Assembly (NCBI GenBank): GCA_030324005.1
Contig: JARDVH010000121.1
Location: 30,770,704-30,834,703, forward strand
Length of the DNA stretch: 64,000 bases
Source: Negaprion brevirostris
Taxonomy: Eukaryota
Reading direction: 5' to 3'
Shown here: positions 61,851 to 64,000 of the stretch, one piece after another
Layout of the letters: each line of letters begins with the position of its first letter
How positions within the stretch are numbered: the stretch's first letter is position 1
Translations under genes and position numbers: made by a program
The notes under the pieces: model-generated
The model's input: only the letters and a program-made list of their open reading frames with translations
Told to the model about the DNA's origin: nothing
Database searches by the model: none

Positions 61851-63509
61851 GTTTGTGATGAAAGAATATTTACTTTGGCTTTAAATAAAGAGTATAGATG
61901 TCTAACATCTCAAAACTGGATAACGTAGAAATTTCATGGACCTAATTTTCTGAGTTATAATTATCTATCATTTAAGGTAACATAAGAGAAACAAAAAGCG
62001 TAATGCCGTGAACAGTCATTAAGACCAGTTTGGTCCTTGGATTATTCAATGCTGCTAATGAGTTTAAACATCACATATATATATGGTGAATGTTTATGCT
62101 TATTTAACATTGTTTTGTCCACAATTTTAAATAGTGGAGTTAACCTATTTAAGATAACCAACTTAACATCAGTAAAACAAGGAACAGATGAATAAATGTC
62201 CCTGACAGTGTTACGAATAGTATTTTGTGGATTGTCAGTCTTGCATAAAGCAAGACTGGAACAATGAATTCAGACTTGGAATACTAAATTCTTCAGGTAG
62301 GAAACGGATTTGGCCCCAGATCCAGATTTTTGGCAATCATTAGCTGACTCTCTCTTAAAAAGCCAGACAGGAAGTACCAGCTCAGACCTATCTATCACAA
62401 TCACATTGACGGTCTTAAGGCAGGCATAACCAATGATGCATGTCTTCAACCCAACCCTGACCAATCAATGAAACATTGCATTTGATGTTGGCATAAGCAA
62501 TCCATCTCTTACAAAAAAAATTGTAAATAATTCAGGAACTTTCCTTCAGATGTTTTTCTCTCAGTCTTAAAAGAAATTTTGGTGTGTTTTCAGATCCCAG
62601 TGCTCTTGTGAATAGTTCAACTGAGTTTAAAAAAATAGTTTAAAGACACCTTTATGCTAATATGTCACAAAAATATACATGGACCAAGAATGATACACCA
62701 CAATGTATCAAAACATATCAAAACCAAGCGTAAGATGAGCAGAATAAGAATATAAAAGCTTGCAAAAAGCATAAATCTAGAATGCCTTCCCCAAAGATGC
62801 AGCTGTGTTTTGAAAGTTGGAGAGAAGAGAGAATGGATAAGGCATCCCTGCAGATGTGTGGTATTTGCAGAACATGCCAAGAACAATGAAGGTTCATGCA
62901 AATGGCACCTTTTCCCACATTCACATGATTACTGCATGCAAAATATCAAATGAGAGGTGTATATGGTGTAACTCCTGCTAATTAAAAGGCTTGGCGAATG
63001 TGGTGTTTATCTCCTGTCTCTCAGCCAAATACATTTTTGTTGATCAATGACTTCCTGTCACACTTGCACCAAAAGTGTCCCATCCATTATAAAAAAAAAA
63101 CCCATTCCTTTCATTGAAATCAGCTAGTTTCTAGAATGGGTTGCCAATTGGCAAAGACACTTTTGTGCACAGCAACAAGCTGAAGTGTCCAAGTGGAAGT
63201 GTCTGCTTGTAAACAGAAGTAGACTGTTACCTCATTTCATGAGGCAGAAACATCATGAGGGCTAGCCTAGGCCATGTCTGAAAAAGCCTTTGTTCATTCA
63301 GTGGTCATTTGTTTACATTCTGTTTAATTAACTGCAGAAAAGGTGTATTTGTAGTAGGTACTCCAAAAATTGAATAAATAATTATTCTAGTATAAGCAGA
63401 ATTCCATCAATAACACAGCAGATTTCATGAAAACTACCATATTGCATGCACCTGAATTTTCTGGCTTAAGATTTATTGCCAGGAGGTAATGACCCTTTTA
63501 GGATCCTCA

Positions 63510-63760
63510 TATAAATTTATAGCATAAAAGGAAGTCATTTGGCTTACTGTGCTTATACCAGTTCTCTGAAAGAGCAATCTATTCAGTCCTATTTCCTAAC
63601 CTTTCCACACGGACTATAATTTTTAAAGTATTTATCCATTCTCCTGTTACCAGATTGTGCTTCTACCTCTGTTTCTCCCGTCGAATTTCCACTCCTGATC
63701 ATCATCTACGGTGAAAAAGTTGGCCCAAACTGTTCCATTATGTATTCCATTAGTCTCTAT
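63510..63760 (-). mobile_element. Old CR1 3' end relic
   Basis: atttatagcataaaaggaagtcatttggc...ctctgaaagagcaatcta...ggtgaaaaagtt. Confidence 0.5.
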
Positions 63761-64000
63761 TTTTCTGTGCATTAAATTCAGCCTAGATATTTTGCTATGA
63801 TGGGCAAATTTGAACTCAGAAACTCCAACTTATTTGCTTTCATTCACTATGACAAACTTCTAATGATCTATTAGTAATATAAGTTGTAATGCAATACAAG
63901 CACAATAACACATTTTGCCAGGCTGCAATTTGATACATTTGAGACCGTAATTGATATGGAATATTCGAACAATGCAGTCTCTTGCATTAACATATTTGAA

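Overview
Repeat-rich, AT-rich eukaryotic DNA from a gapped scaffold, very likely a shark or other elasmobranch: it is dense in HE1/V-SINE-type tRNA SINEs, DeuSINEs and CR1 LINEs. I found no intact protein-coding gene, rRNA, tRNA gene or CRISPR array, so the window looks intronic or intergenic. The long ORFs in the track are N-gap read-throughs or transposon relics. Main content: (i) a decayed full-length Ty3/Gypsy element (7175-13971) with paired ~200-bp LTRs, PBS, PPT and gag-PR-RT-RH-IN motifs, inserted in a CR1 relic and itself carrying nested SINEs and MITEs; (ii) PIF/Harbinger relics, including a convergent Myb/SANT gene plus HARBI1-like transposase pair (~37.6-41.0 kb) and many MITEs; (iii) CR1, L2 and L1-like LINE fragments; (iv) a Penelope-associated short repeat family whose ends fit a decayed minimal type I hammerhead ribozyme; (v) a few unique stretches with candidate exons or enhancer-like palindromes that cannot be assigned to a gene. 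All family names come from motif recognition by eye, not from database searches, and element boundaries are approximate.
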